Position numbers and translations under genes: made by a program
From: an uncultured bacterium
GTDB lineage: Bacteria > Methylomirabilota > Methylomirabilia > Methylomirabilales > CSP1-5
Length of the DNA stretch: 64,000 nucleotides
NCBI GenBank assembly: GCA_964348275.1
Contig: CAYGBT010000009.1
Coordinates: 19,541-83,540, forward strand
Reading direction: 5' to 3'
Notes under the pieces: generated by a model
The model's input: the letters and a program-made list of their open reading frames with translations, nothing else
What the model was told of the DNA's origin: nothing
Databases searched by the model: none
Shown: positions 1-8,928 of the stretch, in pieces
Layout: every line of letters starts with the position of its first letter
How positions within the stretch are numbered: position 1 is the stretch's first letter

Positions 1-253
1 GAGTCAAGAGCAGACTTGACCCCTTAAGACCCCTTAATCTAATCCCGGCAGGGGGTCTAAAGGGAAGAGGGACGGGAGGTACAAAGCAAGTGCCCCAAGT
101 GACCCATTGGCTTCCCGGTCCCCTTCGGCCTTCCTCCCCCTCCTGTTCCAGATCCGGCTCTGCTTGCCTTTCGGCTCACAGCTCCCTCTCCGGTTCAGGA
201 GAGGTTTACAACCGTCAAGTCCCGGTACCTCCCTTGAACCACTTGGGGCACCT
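1..253 (-). ncRNA. candidate structured non-coding transcript or cis-regulatory leader, class unknown (runs off the window start)
   Basis: No credible ORF (the overlapping track ORFs are low-complexity). A sigma70-like promoter lies just upstream on the minus strand. Exact long-range complementarities: 12 nt (251-240 with 101-90) and 9 nt (233-225 with 82-74), in crossing order. Internal hairpins include CCUCUCC/GGAGAGG and GCC-GAAA-GGC. Confidence 0.3.
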
Positions 254-256
254 GAG

Positions 257-285
257 ACAATAGCCCTACCCCATGCGGTTGTCAA
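257..285 (-). promoter_or_regulatory. sigma70-like promoter (TTGACA-N17-TATTGT)
   Basis: Minus strand: TTGACA at 285-280, 17-nt spacer, TATTGT at 262-257. The predicted start falls at the first base of the 12-nt helix strand. Confidence 0.35.
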
Positions 286-520
286 GGAAAATCTTTCTAC
301 GCTGACCAGAGAAGAGGAGGACCGCCTTCAGGCCGCCACTGCGGCCCTTCATTCGTTCACACCATTTGGCCATTTCTCGCTAGCAGAAAGGAAGTAAGCG
401 GTGGAATCGTCGCGATGACGAAATGATTCATCTGCTCGCTCATGACAACTGCACCGTTCGGAATCAGCGAATACGGGAACTGTTGCTTGCCCTATCCGCG
501 GTCAAAGAACGGTAAGGTCT

Positions 521-555
521 AAAAATAAGAGGGTCACCTAGATGGTGACCCTCTT
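521..555 (-). terminator. rho-independent terminator of the small basic-protein gene
   Basis: Perfect 12-bp stem (aagagggtcacc / ggtgaccctctt) with a 5-nt loop, followed on the minus strand by ATTTTT. It lies 29 nt after the stop at 584. Confidence 0.7.
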
Positions 556-583
556 CATTGACCGAAGTGAAAATTGGTTGGGC

Positions 584-853
584 TTACTTTTTGGCCCGAG
601 CCCGGCGGCCAGTTGCCGTTCTCCTTCGGCGTGCACGACGTGCCCCGGCTACCCGTCGGCCCCGGCGGCGGCGCCGTTTTGCCGGTGCTGCCGCCTTTGC
701 AGAAACGACCTTGTAGCCGATTTTGCCCAGCGCCCTGTTGAGGCTGGTGACAAGCCCCTTCTCAACTCGCTCCAATCGCTTTCGTTCGCCAAGAACAGCT
801 CCAACACTCTTGGCCAGGCTCTCCAACTTTCTTCTTGCCGTTTTTCTTGCCAC
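584..853 (-). CDS. small (89 aa) highly basic protein: helical N-terminal half plus an Arg-rich tail; function unknown (possibly nucleic-acid binding)
   Basis: GTG start preceded by AGGAGG. Has its own promoter and terminator. C-terminal 40 aa are about 50% Arg/Lys (AKRRRRRGRRVAGARRARRRRTATGRRARAKK). Confidence 0.6.
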   Translation of the reverse strand: MARKTARRKLESLAKSVGAVLGERKRLERVEKGLVTSLNRALGKIGYKVVSAKAAAPAKRRRRRGRRVAGARRARRRRTATGRRARAKK

Positions 854-903
854 GTGCTCCTCCTTTCAACGAGCAAAAAAAAGCAAGAACTTGGCACGAG
901 AAA

Positions 904-932
904 TTTCTACGATTCGAACGGCAAAATGTCAA
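904..932 (-). promoter_or_regulatory. sigma70-like promoter (TTGACA-N17-TAGAAA) for the small basic-protein gene
   Basis: Minus strand: TTGACA at 932-927 and TAGAAA at 909-904, about 50 nt upstream of the GTG start. Confidence 0.4.
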
Positions 933-977
933 GGAAAAATCCAGAAAACCCACATCACGAGGAGGAAGCTGTTATGC

Positions 978-3900
978 TTACCGCCGCTCCTCCGCCTCTT
1001 GCCCAACTGGTCCGACTACCGGGCGGCCGCCCACTTCTTTGGTCGGCTTTCTCTCAAGCCGTGCGGCGACGGCAACCTTCGCGTCCATCCAAAGAGAGTA
1101 GAGGGTGGGGATGAGGATCAGCGTAAAGACGCTCGAGACGACCAGTCCCCCCAGGACCGCCGACCCCAAGCCACGGTACAGCTCTGACCCCGATCCCCGC
1201 GCAAAAACCAGGGGAAGCATGCCAAAGACCGTGGTGGCGGTCGTCATAAAGATCGGACGGATCCGGGTCCGGACACTCTCGAGAATCGCCTCCTGGGGCT
1301 GCCATCCCTCTCGCATGTTGTTCAAGGACTGGTGAACGATGAGGATGGCGTTGTTCACGACGATCCCAGCCAGGATCACGAAACCCAACATGGTCATCAC
1401 ATCCATCTTGATGGACGGTTCAAAGGCATTGGCAAGCCTGACGGCGAGGACCCCTCCCGTGGCGGCGAGCGGGACGGTGAACATGATGATGAAGGGATAG
1501 CTCCAGGACTCGAAGAGTGAACACATCAGGAGGTAAATGACCACGAGGGCCAGCAGGAAAGACCACTTGATGGAGTTCCAGGCAATGCTCAGGTCTCGAG
1601 CCTGCCCGGCCACATCGATGGTGGTCCCCAGCGGGAGGGCTCTCCGCACGGGCTCGACGACCTGTTCTACCAACTGAACCGCCTTCTCCAGCGGGACCTC
1701 GCCCTTCAGGTTGACGGTCAGCTTGATGGCGCGATCCCGATCGATGTGCTCGACCTTGGTCGGACCGGTGTCGAACCGGACGGCTGCAATGTCCGAAAGC
1801 TTCACCAAGCGCCCCGCGGGGGTAAAGAAGACGATCTGGTCGAGGTCCTGGGTCCGTCGCATTTCCTGGAGTGAGCCTTTGAGGATAATGTCCAGCTCCT
1901 TGCCCCGCTCCCGGAACACCCCAGCCTCCGTCCCGTGCACCATAGTCTCTACCACGTATCCGACCTCTCGGGCGCTCAACCCGAGCTGTGCGGCCTTGGA
2001 GCGGTCGACGCGGATCTGGAGCTCCGGGTTCCCGGCCTCAAAGCTGGTGTTGACGAAGTTGACTTGTGCAAGTTGGCGCAGGTCAGCCTGGAGTCGTTCG
2101 CTAATGGCGTGGATCTGCTCGAGGCTGTCCCCTTTGACATCGACCTCCAGGTTGGTCCCGCCGATAAAGGATCCGCGCCGCCGAAAGAGCGGGGATTGGG
2201 TAATGAAGACCCCTTCCGTCCCAGGCACCCCCTTGGCCCGCCCCCGCATCTTGGCAATCACCTGGCGCATTCCAGAGAGCGTATGGTATTCCTCCTTGAT
2301 GATGGCTCCCATGATGGTGTTTTCCACCCGAGCCACCGCGAACATCCGGTAGATCTCGGGCAGGGCGAACCGGCGCTCAAACTCTTTCAACAGCGCCTCT
2401 CGCTGGGCGATGTTAAGACCCGGCGTCGTTCGAATGAGCACGAAAATCAGATTGCGGTTGCCCTGGGGGAGGTAGTCAATGGGCGGCATGAACACATAGC
2501 TGAGTAACACCGCGGCCAAGACAATGCTTACGGCCACCACGATTCGCCGCCAGACACTTCGGCGAAGGGTATCCAGGCTCCCGACGATGAAGTGGACGAC
2601 GGCAGCCCCGAACCTCTCCACGCCGAGTCTGTCGAGCAATCTCCAGAGGGACCGGCGAGAGGCGGGATTGTGCGCGTGCTGGTTCACTGCCAGGAGACGA
2701 GAGCTCAGCATGGGCACGACGGTCAGCGAGACAAGGAGGGACAGGCCCACGGCCGTCGAGATCGCAATAGCAATGTCGCGGAAGAGCTGGCCAGCCTCTT
2801 CCTTCACAAAGATGATCGGGATGAAAACAAAGATGGTGGTCAAGGTGGACGCCAAGACCGCTCCCCAGACCTCGACGGCGGCACCGTACGCAGCCCGGAT
2901 CTTCTCCTTCCCCATTTGCCGGTGGCGGTAGATGTTCTCAAGGATCACAATGGAGTTGTCCACCACCATGCCGGCCGCGAACGCCAGCCCCGCCAGCATG
3001 ACGATATTCAAGGTCCGACCCAGGGCATCCAAGACCACGAAGGTCGCGACGAGAGAAATAGGAATCGCAAAGGCAATGATGAAAATACTCGACGGACTCC
3101 GGAGAAAGAGCAGCAGGACGGCCACGGCCAGGAAGGCGCCGTAAAAAAGGTTGGACCTCACCAGGCCCACCGATTCATAGATATAGTCGGTTTCGTCATA
3201 GACCTGGATCAGCTCGATGTCTTTCCCTCGATAGAGATTATTCAGATACCGGAGTTCCTTCTTGACCCCCTCCATGACCTCCAGCGTATTGGTTCCCGTG
3301 CGACGGAGCACGCCGAAGCCGATGGTCGGCCGCTTCCAGACGCGAACCACGCGTTCCTTCTCTTCATAGCCGAACCGCACCTGGGCGATGTCCCGGAGAT
3401 ACACAGTGCCGCGGGCGTCCTGCCGAATAACGACATCCGGGATCTGCCGGATATCGGTAAACTGCCCCAGGGTTCGGACCACGTACCGCCGCTTCCCCTC
3501 TTCGATCCTTCCCCCCTTGATATTCCGGTTTTCTCCTAGCAGGGCATCCCGAACCTGAGTGACCGAGATCTGCCGGGCGCCCATCGCCTCGGCATCGAGG
3601 ATCACGTGGACCTCCCGGTCCTCCCCCCCAAACATCCAAACCGTGGCCACCCCTGGAACCCGCTCCATCCGCGGCTGGATGACGTCATCCGCTTCCTCCC
3701 ACACCTCGTTGATAGGCCGAGTCGTCTTGACGATAACCCAGGCAATCGGGGTCTCCTCGTCGGTATTGACCGCCCGGATCAGGGATTCATCGGCATCCTC
3801 AGGAAGATCCTTGACCTGGCCCAGCTTTTCCGAGACATCGAGGCGCGCCACGTCCTTGTTGATCCCCCAGTCAAACTTGAGAACGATGCGGCTATCGCCC

Positions 3901-4157
3901 TCGAAGGAGGTGGAGGTCATTTCGGAGAGGTTCTCCACCGAGTTGAGCCTTTCCTCAATCCGGTCGGTGATTTCCTGTTCCACCTCGAGGGGAGCTGCTC
4001 CTTGGTATTCGGTGCGTACGGTGACCTCAGGACGATCGATGGTGGGGGTCATCTGCCAGGGAAGCCGGAGGAGAGAGATCCCCCCGAACAGGAGGGCGAG
4101 AAGGACCCCAACCAAGACGGTAACCGGATACTTGATGCAGCCTTCGATCAGCCTCAT
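978..4157 (-). CDS. RND efflux transporter permease (AcrB/HAE1-type)
   Basis: 1059 aa with the 12-TM RND architecture and typical AcrB-family N-terminus (IKYPVTVLVGVLLALLFG). Overlaps the upstream adaptor gene by 4 nt. Confidence 0.9.
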   Translation of the reverse strand: MRLIEGCIKYPVTVLVGVLLALLFGGISLLRLPWQMTPTIDRPEVTVRTEYQGAAPLEVEQEITDRIEERLNSVENLSEMTSTSFEGDSRIVLKFDWGINKDVARLDVSEKLGQVKDLPEDADESLIRAVNTDEETPIAWVIVKTTRPINEVWEEADDVIQPRMERVPGVATVWMFGGEDREVHVILDAEAMGARQISVTQVRDALLGENRNIKGGRIEEGKRRYVVRTLGQFTDIRQIPDVVIRQDARGTVYLRDIAQVRFGYEEKERVVRVWKRPTIGFGVLRRTGTNTLEVMEGVKKELRYLNNLYRGKDIELIQVYDETDYIYESVGLVRSNLFYGAFLAVAVLLLFLRSPSSIFIIAFAIPISLVATFVVLDALGRTLNIVMLAGLAFAAGMVVDNSIVILENIYRHRQMGKEKIRAAYGAAVEVWGAVLASTLTTIFVFIPIIFVKEEAGQLFRDIAIAISTAVGLSLLVSLTVVPMLSSRLLAVNQHAHNPASRRSLWRLLDRLGVERFGAAVVHFIVGSLDTLRRSVWRRIVVAVSIVLAAVLLSYVFMPPIDYLPQGNRNLIFVLIRTTPGLNIAQREALLKEFERRFALPEIYRMFAVARVENTIMGAIIKEEYHTLSGMRQVIAKMRGRAKGVPGTEGVFITQSPLFRRRGSFIGGTNLEVDVKGDSLEQIHAISERLQADLRQLAQVNFVNTSFEAGNPELQIRVDRSKAAQLGLSAREVGYVVETMVHGTEAGVFRERGKELDIILKGSLQEMRRTQDLDQIVFFTPAGRLVKLSDIAAVRFDTGPTKVEHIDRDRAIKLTVNLKGEVPLEKAVQLVEQVVEPVRRALPLGTTIDVAGQARDLSIAWNSIKWSFLLALVVIYLLMCSLFESWSYPFIIMFTVPLAATGGVLAVRLANAFEPSIKMDVMTMLGFVILAGIVVNNAILIVHQSLNNMREGWQPQEAILESVRTRIRPIFMTTATTVFGMLPLVFARGSGSELYRGLGSAVLGGLVVSSVFTLILIPTLYSLWMDAKVAVAARLERKPTKEVGGRPVVGPVGQEAEERR

Positions 4158-5242
4158 CGCTTGACTTCCCCGTTACGACGGACCTCAACAGGCGTCCCGT
4201 CACTGAGGACCTCATTGCCGACTACGACCACCTCTTGCCCTGGCTTCAGATCACCTTTCATGACCTCGACCATCTCCTCCAGTCCCTGTCCCGTCTCGAC
4301 CCGGCGCTCCTGCACCCGAGACGTGTCCAAGACGAAAACGACCTGGTCCCTGCCTCGAGGAACGACCGCGTCCTTCGGGATGAAGAGCCCTCGACGAGGC
4401 TCGCCGTACCGGATGCTCACCCGGGCAAACATGCCAGCCTTCAGGAGATGTTCGCGAGAGTTGTCTACCCGGATCTTCACCGGAAAGTTCCGGCTGCTGA
4501 TGTCTGCCTGCGGGATGATGTAGGCGATCCGGCCCTTAAAGATTCGACCGGGATAGGTGTCCACGGTCACCGTTGCCGCCTTGCCCATCCGGATCTTTCC
4601 GATGTCTCGTTCGTTGATCGGGATCAGGACATAGACGATGTCAATGTCCACGAGGTCCGCGACCTTGCCACCTTCGTCCACCCACTGACCGAGCTCGACA
4701 TGCTTTTTCACGATGTAGCCGCTGAAGGGAGCGATGACGGTGGTCCGTCGAATCTCATCGGCAATCTTTCGAAACGCCTCCTCGGCGGAATCCTTGAGCG
4801 CCTTTGCAGCGTCCGCACTGGCCGCGGCCCGATCGAGCTCGGCCGCACTGACGGCCCCTTCATTGAAGAGCGTCTCGAAACGGCGGTGATCGTGCTGCGC
4901 CTTACTGAAGAGGGCTTCTTTCTCCCGAAGGTTCGCCTGTGCTTCCTTGAGTGCAATTTCGAGGTCGGTCCGGCGCAGGCGCGCGAGGACCTGCCCCTTC
5001 TCCACGCGATCCCCCTCCCGGAGATCGAAGCGGGCTACGGCTCCCTCCACCTCGGCACTGACCGTGCTGTACAGGTTGGCCTCGACGGTTCCAACCGCCT
5101 GAATCTCTCGGTCGACGGCCCGCTCGACGACTGGCGCCACCTCGACGGGAACCGGGGGCTGCTCTTGGGCAAAGGCCCGAGGGAGCGTCCCCGTCAGGGC
5201 CAGCATCGCCCCAATTCCAACAAGAAGATTCCGCCACTTCAC
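4154..5242 (-). CDS. RND efflux periplasmic adaptor (membrane fusion protein, HlyD family)
   Basis: 362 aa: signal peptide, coiled-coil hairpin and beta-barrel motifs. Translationally coupled to the RND permease. Confidence 0.88.
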   Translation of the reverse strand: MKWRNLLVGIGAMLALTGTLPRAFAQEQPPVPVEVAPVVERAVDREIQAVGTVEANLYSTVSAEVEGAVARFDLREGDRVEKGQVLARLRRTDLEIALKEAQANLREKEALFSKAQHDHRRFETLFNEGAVSAAELDRAAASADAAKALKDSAEEAFRKIADEIRRTTVIAPFSGYIVKKHVELGQWVDEGGKVADLVDIDIVYVLIPINERDIGKIRMGKAATVTVDTYPGRIFKGRIAYIIPQADISSRNFPVKIRVDNSREHLLKAGMFARVSIRYGEPRRGLFIPKDAVVPRGRDQVVFVLDTSRVQERRVETGQGLEEMVEVMKGDLKPGQEVVVVGNEVLSDGTPVEVRRNGEVKR

Positions 5243-5251
5243 GGCTTCACC

Positions 5252-5830
5252 TCAAGTCCGCAATAAGCCAAGAATGTGTTGACCCAGGGACTCCATGAGA
5301 TGGTCCGATGCTTCCGTGTGACCCAGGACCTCGTCGATCACATGCGCGCGGGTACAGTAATACACCAGAATCGCGATCACGCTGAAGGTGGTCTGGTCAA
5401 CGTTCAGCGCCCGGAAGCTTTTCCGCCCCACGCCTTCGTTCAGGATCCGGGAGACGCCCAGGAATATGCGACGGAAGTACTTCTCGGCGATGATCTGGAC
5501 CTCGCGCTCTCGGCGCTCGACCGCCCGGTGGAGGAGCTGGAACTCATCGGGCTTCTCCCGGAAGAACCGCAGGAATGCCATGATGACCTTCTCCATCTGC
5601 TGGAGCGGTGCCTCTTCGCCGTCCGCGATCCGCTCGACTTCATCGCAGAACGGGGCAAGGGCCCCCTCAAGTAAACTGATGAAGAGCCCTCGTTTATCCT
5701 TGAAGTAGTAATAGAGGACCGGCTTCGTCACACGGGCCGCGCCGACGATTTGTCGGACGGAGGTTCCGTCAAACCCGTGCCGGGCAAATTCCCGCGTGGC
5801 GACCCGCTCGATGCGCCCCTTGGTCGTCAT
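5252..5830 (-). CDS. TetR/AcrR-family transcriptional regulator
   Basis: N-terminal TetR helix-turn-helix (FARHGFDGTSVRQIVGAARVTKPVLYYYFKDK). Sits first in the efflux operon. Confidence 0.88.
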   Translation of the reverse strand: MTTKGRIERVATREFARHGFDGTSVRQIVGAARVTKPVLYYYFKDKRGLFISLLEGALAPFCDEVERIADGEEAPLQQMEKVIMAFLRFFREKPDEFQLLHRAVERREREVQIIAEKYFRRIFLGVSRILNEGVGRKSFRALNVDQTTFSVIAILVYYCTRAHVIDEVLGHTEASDHLMESLGQHILGLLRT

Positions 5831-5849
5831 TTACCTACCGTTCGGTAAA
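5830..5849. promoter_or_regulatory. candidate TetR operator (imperfect palindrome TTTACCTACCG-TT-CGGTAAA)
   Basis: Inverted repeat TACCG/CGGTA with flanking TTTAC/GTAAA, abutting the tetR start codon. Confidence 0.3.
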
Positions 5850-5925
5850 GAGTAGCCTCAAAAATAAACCCCCTTTTCGAGGGCACGTTAACTATAGCAC
5901 GAAGCACCACGGCCGTCAAATGGGG

Positions 5926-6084
5926 TTACTTCTCCTTCTTTTTGACCACACGCTTCTCGCTGACCTCCACCTGATCTCCGCACTCGGGACACATGTAATT
6001 CCCCTTCTTGCTCTTGGGGGGATCCACTCCTCTGCCCCCACAGGCGTGACAGGTGTACGTAATGATTCTCTCCCGCTCCTCCAC
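5926..6084 (-). CDS. small zinc-ribbon protein (about 52 aa, CxxC...CxxC)
   Basis: The track ORF 5926..6219 overlaps yraN. A GTG at 6084 preceded by GGGAGGGG gives MEERERIITYTCHACGG...YMCPECGDQVEV plus a Lys-rich tail. Confidence 0.45.
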   Translation of the reverse strand: MEERERIITYTCHACGGRGVDPPKSKKGNYMCPECGDQVEVSEKRVVKKKEK

Positions 6085-6107
6085 AACCCCTCCCGCGCCC
6101 CGCCGAC

Positions 6108-6494
6108 TTACGACACCCCCCAGGCCGCCCCACTCCCCTGCACCGCGTTCCGAATCAGCTCGACCCGCGGCTCTGAGCTCTGCGGAAGAAATGATACGGC
6201 CACGACATCCACCCGACAAGGGACCCTCAGTCGGCGCTCCCGCAAATACGCCTCGGCAACCCGCAAGATCTGCCGCTGCTTTCTCGTGTGAACCGCCTCG
6301 GCTGGTCCGCCAAATCGGGCCGAGCGTCGAGTCTTCACCTCCACAAAAACTAAGACATCCCCCTCCTGGGCGATAAGATCGATCTCCCCCAACGCACAGG
6401 CAAAATTTTCTTCCACAATCCGAAACCCGAGTCCCTCCAGGAACCGGCGGGCCACTGCTTCCCCTTCGATCCCGACCATTCGGCGATCCAGCAT
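6108..6494 (-). CDS. yraN: YraN-family (UPF0102) endonuclease-like protein
   Basis: GEIDLIA...VFVEVKTR core typical of UPF0102. Confidence 0.85.
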   Translation of the reverse strand: MLDRRMVGIEGEAVARRFLEGLGFRIVEENFACALGEIDLIAQEGDVLVFVEVKTRRSARFGGPAEAVHTRKQRQILRVAEAYLRERRLRVPCRVDVVAVSFLPQSSEPRVELIRNAVQGSGAAWGVS

Positions 6495-6496
6495 CC

Positions 6497-7117
6497 CTAC
6501 CTCCCTGGAGATGTCAGGGGCAAGCGTATCTGCCGGATCGGACTAAACGTTCTTCGATGAATGGGACTGACGCCATGTTCGGCGATGGCCCGAAGATGGG
6601 CACCCGTTCCGTATCCCTTGTGCCGATCGAAGCCGTAAGCGGGGTAGGCCTGGTGGTATTCCGTCATGATCCGGTCTCGAGCCACCTTCGCCACAATGGA
6701 CGCGGCACCGACGGACGGACACCCGAGATCTCCCCGAGCAACGGGAAAGACGGGGACATCGATCTGAGGAACCGCCAGCCCATCCACGAGGACCCCATCG
6801 GGGGCAGGCCGAAGTCCCGCTACCGCCTGCTCCATAGCTAACAGCGTGGCCCTCAGAATATTCCGCACCTCGATGGTGACAACCTCGACGACGCCCACCG
6901 CGACCGCCAACGCCTCCTCCAGAATCCGTTCATAGAGCAGTTCCCGCCGCGGCCGGCTCAGCCGTTTGGAGTCGGTCACGCCGCGAATCGGCCGGCCGCC
7001 CCTGAGGATTACTGCCGCCGCCACCACCGGCCCGGCCAACGCCCCTCGCCCAGCCTCGTCCACCCCCGCCAGCCGACCAAATCCCTTGCGGCGGATGACC
7101 CCCTCAATTCCCCTCAT
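6497..7117 (-). CDS. rnhB: ribonuclease HII
   Basis: GVDEAGRGALAGPVV catalytic motif; 206 aa. Confidence 0.92.
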   Translation of the reverse strand: MRGIEGVIRRKGFGRLAGVDEAGRGALAGPVVAAAVILRGGRPIRGVTDSKRLSRPRRELLYERILEEALAVAVGVVEVVTIEVRNILRATLLAMEQAVAGLRPAPDGVLVDGLAVPQIDVPVFPVARGDLGCPSVGAASIVAKVARDRIMTEYHQAYPAYGFDRHKGYGTGAHLRAIAEHGVSPIHRRTFSPIRQIRLPLTSPGR

Positions 7118-7300
7118 CCCCTCTGCTTCTCCACAGCTCGTGAGCTTGGCCAGAGCCGTCTCCCAAGCCCATTGCCGCTTCCCTGCTCAAGGAACATCCA
7201 CTCCTCGAACGGTGAACCGTTTCGGTCCTCCAAAGCAGAGGCCGTCCGGGCACCTGCGTCGCGAAAAAACCCGTGCACTTGATGAGAGGTCAGGCGGACG

Positions 7301-7657
7301 TCAGCTCATCCGCTTTTCGCGAATGCGCGCGGCCTTGCCCCGCCGGGCCCGGAGATAATAGAGCCGTGCCCGACGCACCCGACCGGGTCGAAGACGCTCG
7401 ATCCGCTCGATCACGGGGGAATGCAGCGGAAACGTACGTTCCACGCCGACCCCGTAGCTTACCTTCCGCACAGTAAAGGTGGACCCCAGGCCCCCTCCTC
7501 GTCGCCGGAGGACCACCCCCTCAAAGGCCTGCAGCCGTTCCTTTTCTCCCTCCCGCACCTTGACAGAGACCCGGACGGTGTCGCCAGGTGCGAACGTGGG
7601 AATATTGGCTCGCAGGTACGGAGCTTCCACGGACTTCAGATAATTATCGATGTTCAT
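7301..7657 (-). CDS. rplS: 50S ribosomal protein L19
   Basis: [28 protein letters not shown] signature; position after trmD. Confidence 0.95.
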   Translation of the reverse strand: MNIDNYLKSVEAPYLRANIPTFAPGDTVRVSVKVREGEKERLQAFEGVVLRRRGGGLGSTFTVRKVSYGVGVERTFPLHSPVIERIERLRPGRVRRARLYYLRARRGKAARIREKRMS

Positions 7658-8375
7658 GGTTTCCCCTTGTGTTAGTTCTCTCGTCCTTCCTCTCCGCTCG
7701 GATCTCAGAGAGGAGTGAGTGATCCTCCGTCGTCAGTGTCGCCCGTTCCAGAAGATCTGGTCGACGGAAAAGCGTCCGGCGCAACGCCTCTTTCCGTCGC
7801 CAGCGTCGAATTTGTTTGTGGTCCCCCGAGAGCAGCACTTCGGGGACCCGATGGCCCCGATACTCGGGAGGCCGAGTAAATTGGGGATGATCGAGGAGAG
7901 CGCCAGCGAAGGAATCCTGTTTCACTGAACTCTCGTCTCCGATCGCGCCGGGGATCAGCCGGACCATCGCGTCGATCAGCACCAGGGCCGGCAGCTCCCC
8001 GCCGCTCAGGACGTAATCGCCGATGGAGATCTCGCGGTCTGCCAAAGTCCGAACCCGCTCGTCAAACCCCTCGTAGCGGCCGCAAAGGAAGATCAGATGC
8101 CTGATCTCCGCCAGGCGGCAGGCCATCGGGTGGTCAAATCGCTCCCCTTGGGGAGTGAGGAGGAGTATCTGGCTCTCGGCTTCCCGCAGCGCATCTACGG
8201 CCTCAAAGAGGGGCTCGGGCTTCAGCACCATCCCCGCCCCGCCGCCGAAAGGAACATCGTCCACGACCCGATGCCGGTCATGGGTCCACTCTCTCAGGTC
8301 ATGAACTCGAATTTCCACAAGCCCCTTCTCCTGAGCCCGCTTGAGGATGCTCTCCTGGAGGGGCCCGGAGAACAT
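7644..8375 (-). CDS. trmD: tRNA (guanine37-N1)-methyltransferase TrmD (true start probably upstream at CTG 8411)
   Basis: Strong TrmD similarity. The conserved N-terminal strand KRYDIITLFPG is encoded in-frame at 8376-8408, where no ATG/GTG/TTG is available. Confidence 0.9.
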   Translation of the reverse strand: MFSGPLQESILKRAQEKGLVEIRVHDLREWTHDRHRVVDDVPFGGGAGMVLKPEPLFEAVDALREAESQILLLTPQGERFDHPMACRLAEIRHLIFLCGRYEGFDERVRTLADREISIGDYVLSGGELPALVLIDAMVRLIPGAIGDESSVKQDSFAGALLDHPQFTRPPEYRGHRVPEVLLSGDHKQIRRWRRKEALRRTLFRRPDLLERATLTTEDHSLLSEIRAERKDERTNTRGNHEHR

Positions 8376-8397
8376 TCCTGGAAAGAGCGTGATAATA

Positions 8398-8922
8398 TCA
8401 TACCGTTTCAGTGTCGACCAACCCCTCTATCGGCCGCACGACCATCACCCGCCTTGCCAGGTCGACCCGGAGAATGAAGGCCTGAACGGCAGGCAGAAGC
8501 CACTCCCGGGCGTCCTGCCGGACGAGATACAGGTCGTGAGCCTCCGATGGCCAGATATCCACGATCTCGCCAAGCTCCTCTCCCGTCTCCGTCACCACCT
8601 TGAGACCAAGGATGTCGTAATGATAATAGGTCCCAGCCGGCAGTGGTGAGGCTGCGGCCCGCGGGATACAAATCTCGTAGCCTCGCATGGCCTCGGCAGC
8701 TTCTCGATTCTTCACGCCTTGAAAGGTTGCCACCCATACATGCCGAAGAGGCCGGATCTCCTCGAGGCGCACCTCCGATTCACCCCGGGGCCCCCGAAGA
8801 ATCACCGACCTCCCTGGAGAAAGGAGAGCGGGGGAATCTGTGAAGGACTTCACCCTGACCGCCCCGCGAAGTCCCCAAGCCCCTACCACCCGTCCCAGAA
8901 CCAATAACTTCTGAGACGCCAC
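8398..8922 (-). CDS. rimM: 16S rRNA processing protein RimM
   Basis: RimM plus PRC-barrel pattern; conserved rpsP-KH-rimM-trmD-rplS synteny. Confidence 0.9.
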   Translation of the reverse strand: MASQKLLVLGRVVGAWGLRGAVRVKSFTDSPALLSPGRSVILRGPRGESEVRLEEIRPLRHVWVATFQGVKNREAAEAMRGYEICIPRAAASPLPAGTYYHYDILGLKVVTETGEELGEIVDIWPSEAHDLYLVRQDAREWLLPAVQAFILRVDLARRVMVVRPIEGLVDTETV

Positions 8923-8928
8923 CGAATC

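Noticed and set aside
120-200. SRP (4.5S) RNA domain-IV-like hairpin on the minus strand: GCU-GUGA-GCC-GAAA-GGC-AAGCAG-AGC, resembling GGU-CAGG-UCC-GGAA-GGA-AGCA-GCC.
   Set aside because: The 5' side of the symmetric loop lacks the conserved AGG. The asymmetric loop does not match, and the flanks do not form the long helix 5. It is kept only as part of the unclassified structured region.
107-515. Plus-strand ORF 107..397 (96 aa), and a following 30-aa frame ending at about 515 (…MIHLLAHDNCTVRNQRIRELLLALSAVKER), as a possible disrupted small gene.
   Set aside because: The N-terminal two-thirds is Pro/Leu/Ser low complexity overlapping the structured region. There is no SD and no recognisable family. 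The possibility of a decayed gene remnant at 290-515 cannot be excluded.
883-900. Sigma54-like strings: TGGCACGAGAAATTTC at 883-900 (plus strand), and TGGAACGGTGCTTGA at about 25209-25223.
   Set aside because: The conserved -12 GC is missing at the required spacing (TTT or TTGA instead of TTGC). The second string overlaps a good sigma70 -35 box.
2592-5266. Long plus-strand ORFs antisense to the RND pump and adaptor genes (2592..3539 at 315 aa, 3606..4523 at 305 aa, 4235..5266 at 343 aa).
   Set aside because: These are shadow ORFs typical of high-GC DNA. They have Arg/Pro/Gly-rich low-complexity translations and no domain signatures, and they lie fully inside strongly supported minus-strand genes.
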